A stretch of 64,000 bases of DNA from Phoronis australis (lineage: Eukaryota; Animalia; Phoronida): assembly GCA_002633005.1 (NCBI GenBank), contig NMRA01000792.1, positions 1 to 64,000 on the forward strand. Reading direction: 5' to 3'. Of the stretch, positions 41,301 to 51,400 are shown piece after piece (the first letter of the stretch is position 1; each line of letters opens with the position of its first letter). The position numbers and the translations under genes are program-made. Below the pieces are notes generated by a model. It was not told the DNA's origin. It did not search any database and saw only the letters and a list, made by a program, of their open reading frames with translations.

Positions 41301-41326
41301 AGCATTCAAAGAACGACACGCTATGA
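14283..41326 (+). CDS. RALGDS/RGL: Ral guanine nucleotide dissociation stimulator-like protein (RalGDS/RGL family), 15 coding exons, about 663 aa
   Basis: Exons total 1992 nt with matching phases. REM ([26 protein letters not shown]), Cdc25 ([65 protein letters not shown]) and RA ([25 protein letters not shown]) motifs occur in RalGDS order. Confidence 0.95.
14913..15000 (-). repeat. Dispersed ~110-bp repeat family (other copies at ~37819-37928 and ~39791-39901, + orientation)
   Basis: Two copies share GTCATACAAC.GTCCCAGTTGG.CTGTGTA.ATAA.CA.AGCTTAAC ... GGTTTTGAATAGCC. This copy is the reverse complement (GGCTATTCAAAA...TTAAGCTGTGTTT). Confidence 0.6.
15594..16440 (+). mobile_element. Helentron-associated (HINE/DINE-1-like) non-autonomous element
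   Basis: T-rich ends; sub-terminal inverted repeat ATGTGCCCAC (15597-15606) / GTGGGCGCAT (16411-16420) followed by a short stem and CTTGTTT; GTCT/GTCC-like tract; internal repeated cores (CCCTAGTGGCA...TTCATAAAATTTGGCAG). A related fragment lies at ~18330-18560. Confidence 0.55.
18970..19326. repeat. ~178-bp tandem duplication
   Basis: Two near-identical units start GAGGTAT.AGCAAAATCGTG at 18970 and 19148. Confidence 0.9.
19493..19731. mobile_element. PIF/Harbinger-like MITE with CTG target duplication
   Basis: CTG|GGGCCTGTTCCAGGAAACTGACTTAAG ... CTTAGTCAGTTTTGTCGGAACGGGCTC|CTG. Confidence 0.6.
20101..20190 (+). CDS. RalGDS-like exon 2
   Basis: [30 protein letters not shown] resembles the RGL N-terminal W.EE....AIY.V.LK.V motif; ttatag acceptor, GAG|GTATTT donor. 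Confidence 0.8.
20344..20586. mobile_element. Foldback MITE (Harbinger-like ends) with ~80-bp imperfect arms
   Basis: AGACAGAAATTTGATC...CTTCATGACTGCCAAAT is mirrored by ATTTGGCAGTCGTGAAG...GATCAAATTTCTGTCT; starts CTG|GGGCC. Confidence 0.6.
21815..22026 (+). CDS. RalGDS-like exon 3 (REM)
   Basis: LDIDEPD...[15 protein letters not shown]...[12 protein letters not shown]...ILID; acag acceptor, AA|GTGAGT donor. Confidence 0.92.
22467..22647. mobile_element. Small MITE-like element with 15-bp imperfect TIR
   Basis: TAATTGACCTATCGC ... GCAATAGGTTAATTA around a GCCGCCATTTT core. Confidence 0.4.
23277..23518. repeat. 21-bp minisatellite, ~11.5 copies
   Basis: ACCT(A/C)TTTACACTAGCCTCTA repeated; intronic. 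Confidence 0.95.
24332..24391 (+). CDS. RalGDS-like exon 4 (60 nt)
   Basis: Phase 2-2; (K)[19 protein letters not shown](R) supplies the family D[RK]Y residue after ILID; AG|GTCAGT donor. Confidence 0.65.
25527..25717 (+). CDS. RalGDS-like exon 5 (REM)
   Basis: [19 protein letters not shown]...; polypyrimidine ctctag acceptor, G|GTGAGA donor. Confidence 0.9.
26695..26789 (+). CDS. RalGDS-like exon 6 (start of Cdc25 domain)
   Basis: [32 protein letters not shown]; tttcag acceptor, GCG|GTGAGT donor. Confidence 0.9.
26994..27127. repeat. 12-bp minisatellite, ~11 copies
   Basis: (C/T)GTTATCCAA(T/C)C repeated; intronic. Confidence 0.95.
28330..28497. repeat. ~34-bp VNTR (5 units here, 2 in the duplicate at ~31165-31224)
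   Basis: CACTTAATTTGCACACAATATGGCTGAAAAGTGT repeated. Confidence 0.9.
28809..29024 (+). CDS. RalGDS-like exon 7 (copy A)
   Basis: [20 protein letters not shown]...[15 protein letters not shown]...[14 protein letters not shown], Cdc25 core. Confidence 0.92.
29412..29515 (+). CDS. RalGDS-like exon 8 (copy A)
   Basis: [34 protein letters not shown]; ccgcag acceptor, AA|GTGAGT donor. Confidence 0.92.
31539..31754 (+). CDS. RalGDS-like exon 7 (copy B, probably the other allele)
   Basis: Same peptide as 28809-29024 except KPAQR for KPSQR. Confidence 0.7.
32157..32260 (+). CDS. RalGDS-like exon 8 (copy B, probably the other allele)
   Basis: Same peptide as 29412-29515; only synonymous differences seen. 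Confidence 0.7.
32557..33027. mobile_element. Non-autonomous DNA transposon with CAGGG-type (hAT-like) TIRs
   Basis: ATTAAA|CAGGGCTTGGAAT ... ATTCCAAGCCCTG|ATTAAA: 13-bp TIR and 6-bp flanking direct repeat. Its left part recurs at ~29835-30016. Confidence 0.7.
33100..33510. repeat. Diverged ~200-bp tandem duplication
   Basis: TTATCTTC.TTTT..TTGACTC...TGTACAGTTT.T.AACTATTCAA...TGTAAATCTA...GGTCGCTTTT..CTGTGTCA occurs twice. Confidence 0.7.
34301..34478 (+). CDS. RalGDS-like exon 9
   Basis: [40 protein letters not shown]...WMEN matches the RalGDS RELL..EGT.KFA motif. Confidence 0.92.
35001..35242 (+). CDS. RalGDS-like exon 10
   Basis: [26 protein letters not shown]...[22 protein letters not shown]...WFNSL. 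Confidence 0.95.
35109..36381. repeat. Direct duplication (35109-35742 and 35744-36381) joined by a single N; contains the 3' part of RalGDS exon 10
   Basis: The second copy starts mid-exon right after N35743 with no splice acceptor, typical of a contig-overlap artefact. Confidence 0.9.
37187..37258 (+). CDS. RalGDS-like exon 11 (end of Cdc25 domain)
   Basis: (S)[23 protein letters not shown] carries the SCE.EP terminal motif; ttttag acceptor, AG|GTAAGT donor. Confidence 0.85.
38005..38113 (+). CDS. RalGDS-like exon 12 (Ser/Pro-rich linker)
   Basis: [36 protein letters not shown]; strong polypyrimidine acceptor; phase 2-0 fits. Confidence 0.75.
38812..38937 (+). CDS. RalGDS-like exon 13 (start of RA domain)
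   Basis: [42 protein letters not shown]; ATG|GTAAGA donor. Confidence 0.88.
39004..39161. mobile_element. Small foldback element with 34-bp TIRs
   Basis: AAGCGCTTCCCATTTAAAAAGGGACTTTCCCACT ... AGTGGGAAAGTCCCTTTTTAATTGGGAAGCGCTT. Confidence 0.6.
40497..40608 (+). CDS. RalGDS-like exon 14 (RA domain)
   Basis: [37 protein letters not shown]. Confidence 0.9.
41166..41326 (+). CDS. RalGDS-like exon 15 (end of RA domain and stop)
   Basis: [27 protein letters not shown]...NDTL*. Confidence 0.9.
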
Positions 41327-41554
41327 CTGCCCTCTATTGCCGTTGATGTGAACTACTTGTCTGGGCTAGAGTCCATTTCCCACCTATTAACTCTGAATGA
41401 CCGGTAATGGTTGGGTCTTGGTTGCTGAAACTACAAACATGATAATTGTTTACTTTAAGGTTTGGGTCTTAGGACCAAATGGTTATAATTACTATTGGTA
41501 GTGTGACTTTTAATTGCTAAAAACCACCGTTTCCTTTGTTTTCACAAAAGAGGA

Positions 41555-41630
41555 GGCAATGTGGCTTAGTGTGATAGGTGCCCGTCTTCTTTACTTGAGG
41601 TAGTGGGTTCGAGTCCCACTGGGCTACACT
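41555..41630 (+). mobile_element. tRNA-derived SINE-like fragment
   Basis: Pol III A-box-like TGGCTTAGTGTG (~41562) and B-box GGTTCGAGTCC (41606-41616) in a GTGGG...CCCAC T-arm; no full cloverleaf. Confidence 0.5.
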
Positions 41631-43446
41631 GCTAGACCCACGATTCATGTTGCTAGCTCCTCAGCTCAGTTTTGAATTAATAAAGCACAAACTTAAAGTT
41701 CTGTAGTTCTTGATGATCAGTGCAATGGGCCCACATGCGCGACCTGCGCAGGTGTGGTACAACGTGTACCAGACTGCCTGCAATTATTTTTTTGATTTGA
41801 CAAATTTCTTCATTGTCAGCAACATTAAATCATCCTTCATAGCACTGCGTCTCACAGTTGTAAGTTCCGTGTCCCAAATAAGAGAAAATAGAAGAAAAGC
41901 GACTTCAATCGAAAGTTTCTGAGTTCCACGGACATGAGTGTGACATATGAATGTGTCGGGCCTACCAACACACAAATTTCTTGTACAAACTTTTGCCATG
42001 TCCGTGCTTTTCTGGTGTCCCACGGGTAAGTGAAAAGAGCCACAGCAACCCCTCAAATTCAACGCCTCGCCATTTTATTATGCCATACACCACGGGAAAA
42101 TTAAGAGCGACATCTGGCGACTTTTCACCCTAAACACAATGGAGGATGACTATTTCTTGGCTGCCCCGCTTCTACGAACAATGTATTAGCTTATAATGCT
42201 TTTAATTTCAAAATCAGCTAATTAGCATATCGTCACATTTGATTGATTGGTGGGGTTTTTTGTGTTTTTTATATGGAATTGGTGGTCTTTAGCATAAAGT
42301 CACCTATCCAAAGTTTCAGAACAACGATAACCTAGTTATAGGTACATGAGATTAACACATCCGGTTAGTGATGAATGTGCCATCTGTTGAGAGGCACTGT
42401 CAACAGTCTGTGTGATAGTTATTTATTATTATTATTGAATTATGCTGTTTATACGTCATGCTTTAACTGTGACTGAAACTTAGACGGTTGACTTTTTCAA
42501 TACAGTTTTAAGAATATATAGTGATATTTAGGCTTGAATAGATATCCAATTGTTAGTGTTTTGTGCAATAACATTTTACAATATATTCACATGTTTATGT
42601 ACTTGTTTGTCAAAGTACATGTATCTACAGGTGTATCACTGAAAGAGGCATTTCCGCAGTGTTTGGTTGTCAATGTTGAATGTTTAACCAAAGCGCTTTT
42701 GGGGTTTAAAAATGTTACCTCCCAAATCCTATCTTGAATTGTTGTAGAATGTGCTTAGTGCTCAAGTCAAAGATATTGCATACATTGTGTCGTTTTTGAA
42801 TTCGCTGTTTTAGGTTTGGTCCACCCCGATGAACTTTGAACCATTGACCCTGAGTCACTAATGGTTTTGAGGTTCATGTTGGCAACAAAAACAAAATCCT
42901 ATCCCTTGAAGGAATATTATGCGACTGATTTTATGAGAGGAAAAGGCCAAATTCCATTTTTGTTTTGAGCCAGCTAAACCGTGGGAAATGCAGCTTTAAT
43001 TAATGATTCAAATATTACACTAATTAAACCTGTCTTCTAACCAAAACTAACATTGTCCTTAATTACTCATTGTCGCAGTTTGTCCCATACTCAAATTAGA
43101 GGTGCCCATGACTTGATCAGGTGACTTCATCTAGCTGGTGGTTTTAACCACCATGGATTGTCTTGAGCAATAACTAAGTGACCGCAATTACAGTAGCAAG
43201 ATTAGAAATCACAAGCAGTGTCATAATGATAAGTGGTCTGTATCAAACGTTAGTTTGTGTACATAAGGTTGGTTTACGGCAGATTTAATCTTCAAAGTAT
43301 GAGATTTCTGTGTGGTAATTCATGTTGTGTCCCTGAAGTTTGATTGTGGGTGTCTTTGTCAGTCAACCCAATCTCTACCACACCTGAGCTGACAGTCCAA
43401 TTCACGGCAAGAACAACTGAATGAAGTAGCGGTCAGTTGATTCAAC

Positions 43447-43558
43447 TGTTATATGAGCTCCCCCTTTGGGATGAGCTGTCAGTTGTTATATGAGCTCCCC
43501 CTTTGGGATGAGCTGTCAGTTGTTATATGAGCTCCCCCTTTTGGATGAGCTGTCAGTT
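43447..43558. repeat. ~37-bp tandem repeat, 3 copies
   Basis: TGTTATATGAGCTCCCCCTTTGGGATGAGCTGTCAGT repeated. Confidence 0.9.
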
Positions 43559-44110
43559 CAGCTTTGGCAGATAGTTCATCTTGTAGCTGTAGCTCTGCAG
43601 TGCCCTTCATGACTGGGTGCAGTGAACAACCTACTAGCGAAGGTGGAGCAATCTGTCCTTATTCCCAATCAAGTGCTGTGTTGGAGATGGCTTTGTCTAC
43701 TGGGTTATTGTGTCCTGCTTGTTACAGAGTATTACCTGATAGTATCAGGCCTTGCTCCAGTCTGTTAATTCCTTTACATAAGCCAAAGATCATTACGTTG
43801 ATAGTTGGTTGATAGTTGGTAAGGGAACAAATAAGATTTTGTAGTACTTGGATATGCTAATGAAAATGACCCATTTTACCTCGAACGACCTAATTTGGTT
43901 TTCAGGGTCAAATGATGCTTTGGTTAAAATTGGTTTATGCTCTTTTTTGAAAATTGATTTCTTGGTTTTGATGTGCAAGACATTCAGGAAATGTTGGGAT
44001 GAGTAGAGTTTGACTTTTCGTCAAGTTGTTGCAAAAGTTACGAAGTCAACACACTTGCAGTGGGGTGAGTGGAGTGCTCAGTAGAATTGTGTCAGTGGTG
44101 AAAAACATTC

Positions 44111-44544
44111 TGAGTCATGGTATGAGATGTACAGGTTGTGGTGAGTCATAGTGTGAGATATACAGGTTGTGGGGAGTCAAAGTATGAGATGTACAGGTTG
44201 TGGTGAGTCATAGTATGAGATGTACATGTTGTGGTGAGTCAAAGTATGAGATGTACATGTTGTGGTGAGTCATAGTATGAGATGTACATGTTGCGGTGAG
44301 TCATAGTATGAGATGTACATGTTGTGGTGAGTCATAGTATGGGATGTACAGGTTGTGGTGAGTCATAGTATGAGATGTACAGGTTGTGGTGAGTCAAAGT
44401 ATGAGATGTACAGGTTGTGGTGAGTCAAAGTATGAGATGTACAGGTTGTGGTGAGTCACAGTATGAGATGTACAGGTTGTGGTGAGTCAAAGTATGAGAT
44501 GTACAGGTTGTGGTGAGTCAAAGTATGAGATGTTAAAGTTGTGG
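44111..44544. repeat. 31-bp minisatellite, 14 copies, units starting TGAGTCA
   Basis: TGAGTCA(T/A)AGTATGAGATGTACA(G/T)GTTGTGG repeated. Confidence 0.95.
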
Positions 44545-47270
44545 TATCATGGACTAGCTCAAATTTCAATCTCCATCATTTGTATTTGTTCAGTATTACC
44601 TCGTCATCGCTACTTGTATGGAAATTTTGTCGGAATTAAGCATCGAATGTTTGCGCTTTTTGTGTCGTTGTCATGTACATCATGAACATTTCCGGAATTA
44701 TTGGTGGGGAATGAAAAATTTCTACATATAGAATGAATGCCTTCTGAATGTATTTTCTTAACTATTATTGGTTTTTGTGAGTGCTGTGACTGTTTGTCTA
44801 AGAACTCTTCATCATAGAATACAGAACTCTTCATCATAGAATATCCTTCAGACAAAATTGAGTAGTGGCGTTGACTTATGTGAACGATTCTTTAGTATTA
44901 ATTAAATTTGGAAGCATATTCATGTATTTGTGAGGGTACAGAAAACTTACAAAATATTCTAATGGTAAAACATGTTGTATTTTGGACAGGCTTTTCTTTT
45001 TTCGACACCGGAATTCAAAAATAGAAATTCAGAATTTTTCATTGTGTAGTTTAATTTTTATCAGTAGTTCAGTGTTTAAACTTAGTTAATTTGCATTTTG
45101 TTGTCCATGAATATTTTCAGTTACATGCATTTCAAAAGTTGATAAATTTTAAGCTTTCTGTGAAGTTTTGAAGTGTTTTACTTCTCGGTGTCTGAAATTA
45201 AGATATTTGTCACATTTTTTTTTTTGTTTCAAACTGCTGCTGTCAGGGGTCATGTGTTCTGTCTGCCGCCCCACGTGTATGTGGGGTTCCACTGAGACTG
45301 CTGTTGTTGACACAGGTAAACTTGATATTGTCTTTCATATTGTTTTATACTCTTGTGGACTAATGTTGTTAATAAGGTTGTAAATTCTGTTATGATTCTT
45401 AAAAGTTGCATATACTCGTTGGTGACTTGCTTTTTGCTTGTTTACTGCAAAATTTTAGACACAGTACTTAATAGTGTGTGGTCATTTATATCTTAGGAAG
45501 TTTTAGAAAGTTGGAATTATTTCTTTAGAATATTTCTCCAAGAACGTTCAACAGTTTTAGTCATCTTGATCACCACAAGCTTATGTATTATCTGATATGT
45601 TACAGGCCTAGCACACATTATGATGTACATGTACATGTATGAACTAAATGTTGAAATATACTTAAAATTGTTTACCATCCTTCATTTCAATCCTTGTTTA
45701 TACTAGAAATATTTCAATTCCAGGTGCAGTTTTGTTGTGTGAAGTAATTGTAATTGTCCTAATTAATGTAAGAACTACTGTACTGAGGCAACTCCTGCTC
45801 TGCTGGGATTTAGCTGTCAAATTCGATAGTTTCAGTATTGAATGGTACTGTGTCGCCGGAAATTTGGAATAACTACGTTATATTATTGTTGCGAATAAAA
45901 TTATTATGTCCTTTCCAATATCCGCTTCGTTGTAACCGATAGCGAATCACCAAGACCTCGGGAGTTTTTTAATTGGACTGCCTTACATTTACCTTTTAAT
46001 TAGTGGTCGGGTGAAATTTAGTTGGGATACTGTCATCAGAGGAATTCAAGTTCAGAAACCAAACATTTCAATTTTAGTCCACTGATAATCAATTTATTTT
46101 AATCAGTGTTTTATAGCCATGAACCATAGGCGGATTTAGGGGGGGGGGACCCAAGTGGGATGCCCGGTGCCGCAAAAAAACAGCAAGAGCCGTGTAGGGA
46201 AATGTTGAGTTTATTAATTAACCCCGGTAATTAAAATTATACGGCTGTAACAAGATTTAAATGTGTGCAGTTTTAGTGTTGGGGGGGGGGGGGGGTNNNN
46301 NNNNNNNNNNNNNNNNNNNNNNNNNNNNNNNNNNNNNNNNNNNNNNNNNNNNNNNNNNNNNNNNNNNNNNNNNNNNNNNNNNNNNNNNNNNNNNNNNNNN
46401 NNNNNNNNNNNNNNNNNNNNNNNNNNNNNNNNNNNNNNNNNNNNNNNNNNNNNNNNNNNNNNNNNNNNNNNNNNNNNNNNNNNNNNNNNNNNNNNNNNNN
46501 NNNNNNNNNNNNNNNNNNNNNNNNNNNNNNNNNNNNNNNNNNNNNNNNNNNNNNNNNNNNNNNNNNNNNNNNNNNNNNNNNNNNNNNNNNNNNNNNNNNN
46601 NNNNNNNNNNNNNNNNNNNNNNNNNNNNNNNNNNNNNNNNNNNNNNNNNNNNNNNNNNNNNNNNNNNNNNNNNNNNNNNNNNNNNNNNNNNNNNNNNNNN
46701 NNNNNNNNNNNNNNNNNNNNNNNNNNNNNNNNNNNNNNNNNNNNNNNNNNNNNNNNNNNNNNNNNNNNNNNNNNNNNNNNNNNNNNNNNNNNNNNNNNNN
46801 NNNNNNNNNNNNNNNNNNNNNNNNNNNNNNNNNNNNNNNNNNNNNNNNNNNNNNNNNNNNNNNNNNNNNNNNNNNNNNNNNNNNNNNNNNNNNNNNNNNN
46901 NNNNNNNNNNNNNNNNNNNNNNNNNNNNNNNNNNNNNNNNNNNNNNNNNNNNNNNNNNNNNNNNNNNNNNNNNNNNNNNNNNNNNNNNNNNNNNNNNNNN
47001 NNNNNNNNNNNNNNNNNNNNNNNNNNNNNNNNNNNNNNNNNNNNNNNNNNNNNNNNNNNNNNNNNNNNNNNNNNNNNNNNNNNNNNNNNNNNNNNNNNNN
47101 NNNNNNNNNNNNNNNNNNNNNNNNNNNNNNNNNNNNNNNNNNNNNNNNNNNNNNNNNNNNNNNNNNNNNNNNNNNNNNNNNNNNNNNNNNNNNNNNNNNN
47201 NNNNNNNNNNNNNNNNNNNNNNNNNNNNNNNNNNNNNNNNNNNNNNNNNNNNNNNNNNNNNNNNNNNNNN

Positions 47271-47632
47271 ATTCGATTGGCTAGAACCGTGTCCTGTGTA
47301 CTATACTGCTTTAGTAACATAGACTGCCACGTCCACGGAAAACCTTTATACAAGTCATCAAACCCGTCCTCAGGCGGAGTGTCAGTCATTGCTGGCACGA
47401 GAGTAGTCTTTAATATTTTCAACACTTCCATGGGAAGAGCTAGACGAAATGCACAAATTTCCTCGGCATAACACTCCGGCTTCCAATGTCTCCTGTCGTC
47501 TGCTTCATACTCAGATTTCCGCCAACCCTGCAGTGTGCAAAAATCTCCAAATACCTGTAACCACAATTCAACTGACTCTCGCTTGTCATCACAAGCCTGC
47601 AGATCAAGCTTTGGTGGTTTAGTTTTTGACAT
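47271..47632 (-). CDS. gag: LTR-retrotransposon Gag-like ORF N-terminus (runs into N-gap)
   Basis: MSKTKPPKLDLQACDDKRESVELWLQVFGDFCTLQGW...; the PP.LD...W...F.DF pattern lies just after a primer-binding site. Confidence 0.7.
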
Positions 47633-47776
47633 TTTTCGTGATCCCACTCCTGACACCAAGTTGATGTTGACGGATTTTGTATGTGATAAAATACACACAG
47701 TCTTAGACGGAAGCCATCTTTATTCCAACTCCCTCCACTAGCGCCACCTAACAGTTACATAACTAACTACTCAACA
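47271..47776 (-). mobile_element. 5' end of a Gypsy-type LTR retrotransposon: short LTR 47665-47776 and tRNA-Leu primer-binding site 47641-47658
   Basis: Plus-strand ATCCCACTCCTGACACCA equals the 18-nt 3' end of tRNA-Leu(CAG). The LTR is bounded by TGTTGA...TCAACA, with minus-strand AATAAA at 47719-47724. Confidence 0.8.
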
Positions 47777-47794
47777 TTAGCACCTCATTGGCAA

Positions 47795-47995
47795 ATGATC
47801 CCCTCCCCTGGTCGACAGAGTCTATTCTCCCTGGTCGACACCTTGAGCACATCCGACAGTCGACAAAGGTTCAATGACTTCCCTTGTACCTCCTCGCCGG
47901 GGCGCACCTCCCCCTGATCGACAAAGGCTCCTTGCGCCCCCCTCTCCTGTCGACATAATATCCTAAGTGCCCCCTCCCCGGTCGAAAAATGGCTC
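47795..47995. repeat. Degenerate C-rich repeat with a GTCGAC core
   Basis: About 6 variants of CCCCTGGTCGACA(A)AG. Confidence 0.6.
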
Positions 47996-48465
47996 TGATC
48001 CTTTATCCCCCGTTAACATCTTCTTGGCGCCCCCCTTGGCTGGTTTGTAATCCTCCCGCCAACATCGCCACCTTTCCCTCGGCCAGTCCCTAGCTTAAAA
48101 ATTATTTAATTGCCACTATATTGGCCCAGACCACCACTCAGACCGGTGGATTCATTATTCGGTAGCGAACCCAGTAACTCCCCAGGAGGTCACACCCAGA
48201 CATAAACATCGATCTGCGTTAGTATCGAACATTGTTGAAAGATCCCCTATTGCGCGGGGTATCATGTCACGGCCTTTCATTGCATACATATAGATCAAAT
48301 AATTTTTGACAGAGGCATTGACAGCCTTTGAAAGTACATTGTACAATCTGTAAATCTGTTCATGTCAGTGTTGAGTCGAGTAGACAGTTTGGACGACAAA
48401 ACCTTACACTATTGGATTCGAGTACGCTCAAGTTAGTAACGGGCAGCTCAGTTGATACCGTTTCT

Positions 48466-51400
48466 CAATGCTGGAGTGCACTGATAGGCCGTAAACTGTA
48501 ATAATTTCGTAAAATGTAACATCTGTTATATTTTATGTCATTGTTACATTCTAAGTTGCTAGGCCTCTCCTTAAATGTAACAAGTTTTTACATTTTATGT
48601 AATTATTACAATTTACGTAGAATGCACATGCAAGAAATGTACCATTTTACGAAAGCAACGTGATATTTCATGAGTTTGCATGGTGTTTGTCACACGGGGA
48701 AAAACGGTTCACATTCTTAATTACTTCTTTCTTGGATTGTTGGAATGAAATTCTTTCAAATCAGTGTGCCAGGTAGAATTTATGCATGTAGATGTGTCCT
48801 TGTGTGCTTTCCATGTTTTTTTACATGAGTAGTTTCATGGTACAATCAAAAATGTACAGCGTACAGTTTCAACTCCACACAAAAGGAGTTTCCAGGATCA
48901 GGTAACAATTTTTTTATTGTTAAAGCGTTCTTGCAATCTTTTGTTTACGCTCACAGGTCCTAAACCAATTGTGTATCAGGCATTACAGTAAACAATCCCT
49001 TGATAAGCACAACAACCGACATCGTATTTGACTAATATAGCATTTCTTTGGGAACAAACGACAATAACCAAATTTTTTATGGAGAATTCAATTTCGGAAG
49101 TCAGTTTGATAGAAAAAACACCCGTTTTAGTTCACAATGGTTTGGTTTATTTCGGCAAGTGTTTTATTGCCTTGGAGTCATCGCTATAATGCAGTAATTG
49201 CCCTGTTTCACACAAAAGGAGCAAAACCAAAGTTTCTGATGCCGACGGGTTCTGTCTACCACGAATGACAATTTCTTAAAGACGTGGTGGAAGGAAATTA
49301 AAGCAACAGCAAATATCGCCTTTGAGAAGGGAGAGACAATAGTTTAAAAAATGGCGGTATAGTAACGTGTTTTGTACTGCTGAAATGCTGAAAGAAATAT
49401 TATTATTACTATGATGTCACGCCTGTCTGAAATACTGGTGGTAAAAGCAGGTCAAACCGTGACGTGTGTACGTGCATGCTAGCTGGGGAAATAGAAAAAT
49501 ATTTTGCACTCTGAAGAGACATGATTTATCCTCAAGCCTCGTCTAGCATGACGGCCGGCGTTTTCCCGTTCAGTGACTTTACCAGACGTAGAGGGTTGTG
49601 AGTGTGTGATAGCATCTAGCTTCTTTGATAGTTGCCAAGCGCAGTCTTTTGTCTGGTATGACAACAGGCAGGCCAATTATCTACCAGGCTTACTACAGAC
49701 CACAACTGAACACAGTCAAACCCAAAGCGAATTGGTACGTTCGGAAAGAATAGATTGTTGTAATTTCCGTTGTACTTGTACGATTTTGGCGACTCAAAAA
49801 CTAAACATGATCACCATTTGTTGACATTACGGCGTTTTCCCGTTGCTTCCAACTTGTTCGATTCTATAGCCCAACAACAAGTTGGGAAGTTTACCCTTGT
49901 AGCCAATATCTTACACGACTGATTAACTACATTCTGGCATTTATGGTTGGAGGGCCAGCTCTCTTTTCTTCGATAATTACTCTAATCTCCAATTATAAGA
50001 TCGTATCTACACTGACGGGCTGTTAAAAGTGAAGTTGTAATATATTTGAACCTGAACCAATAGCATTTCTGAAATTTCCGTCAAATGGTGATCATATTTA
50101 GTTTTGGAATCGCCAAAATCGCCCAACTGCAACCGAAGTTATGATAATCTATTCTTTCTGAATGTACCAATTCCGTCGCTCTGGCGGGTTTGATGGTCGT
50201 GTTCACACGTGGTCTGTAATAAGTCTGGTAGATAATTGGCCTGCCTGTTGCCATAACAGACAAAAGACTTTGCTTAACACTGAAGAAGATATAATATAAT
50301 ATAGATGTTATCACACGCTCAGAACCCCCTTCGTGTCTTGCAAAGTCACTGAACGGGTAAACGCTGTCGTGAGGATTTCAGAAATGCTATTGTTTTATGT
50401 TCAAATATGTTATAACTTAACTTTTATTTTTAACAGCACAGCCCACTCAGGCTAGATACGATCATATTGGAGATTAGAGCAATTATCGAACAAAAGACCT
50501 AGAGTTGGCTCTCCAACCATAAACGCCAGGAAGGAGTTAATCAGTCGTGTAAGGTATTGGCTACAGGGGTCATCTTCCCTACTTGTTGTTGGGTTGTAGA
50601 ATCGAACAAGTTAGGAGCAACGACTGAGAAAACGCCGTAATGGATCGATAGTTTAACGGAGTAATAGTCCAACAGAGCTGACTGTCGGCCTTTTGGACGA
50701 TAAAAGCACTTTCTCTTTCTATTATCTTTTATGTTAAAATATGAATTTAAATTGCTATGTTCATTAGTTCGAAGTACATATCAATAAAGACAAATATTGG
50801 GCATTCTAGTTATTATTATTGGGCGCCAAAGTCACGTGTCTGGTGAGCCGCCATTTTTGTGTTGCAGCTCGCAGATCAGGGGATTTGGTTTATTAACCAT
50901 TTTGATTCATTGCATAAAATGCTTATATTATTAAACATCGCTGATTTCGACGTTGTCCGTTTTTGCTCCATGCAATCCACTTTCAATGAAACCCATTTCA
51001 AATCATTATGTGAAATCATTGTGTTTTTTAGGAATATTGGGGCCCGTTCCACATAAAATTGTTTTGTATGTCCGTTATCAGCTCAGTATTCTAATGACAC
51101 GGTGACTACTCGTTAGTTCTCAAAAATGCCCAGAATTCAACTTAACGCAATTTTTAACTTACACATCATCGTGGAGCGATCCTCAGTTCTTTGAAAAAGA
51201 TTTATGTTCAACACGAGACAGCACGTTTAGATGTAATTAATTAAGTCGCGAGTAAAATATTGTGGTCTGAATTCAGTTCTTCGTGGCCCAACTACAAAAA
51301 GATGTAATTATATTTACAAACAATACAGTGCTTGCCGATAGTTCAGAAATAATCAAGTTGGTGTACATGTACGTCTAACCAAGATTTCAAATCTCAGCCT

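Noticed and set aside
41555-41630. Functional tRNA gene
   Set aside because: A and B boxes and a T-arm are present, but there is no convincing acceptor or anticodon stem.
44111-44544. CRISPR array (also considered for the repeats at 23.3, 28.3, 43.4 and 59.9 kb)
   Set aside because: Units are head-to-tail with no unique spacers, there are no cas genes, and the context is eukaryotic.
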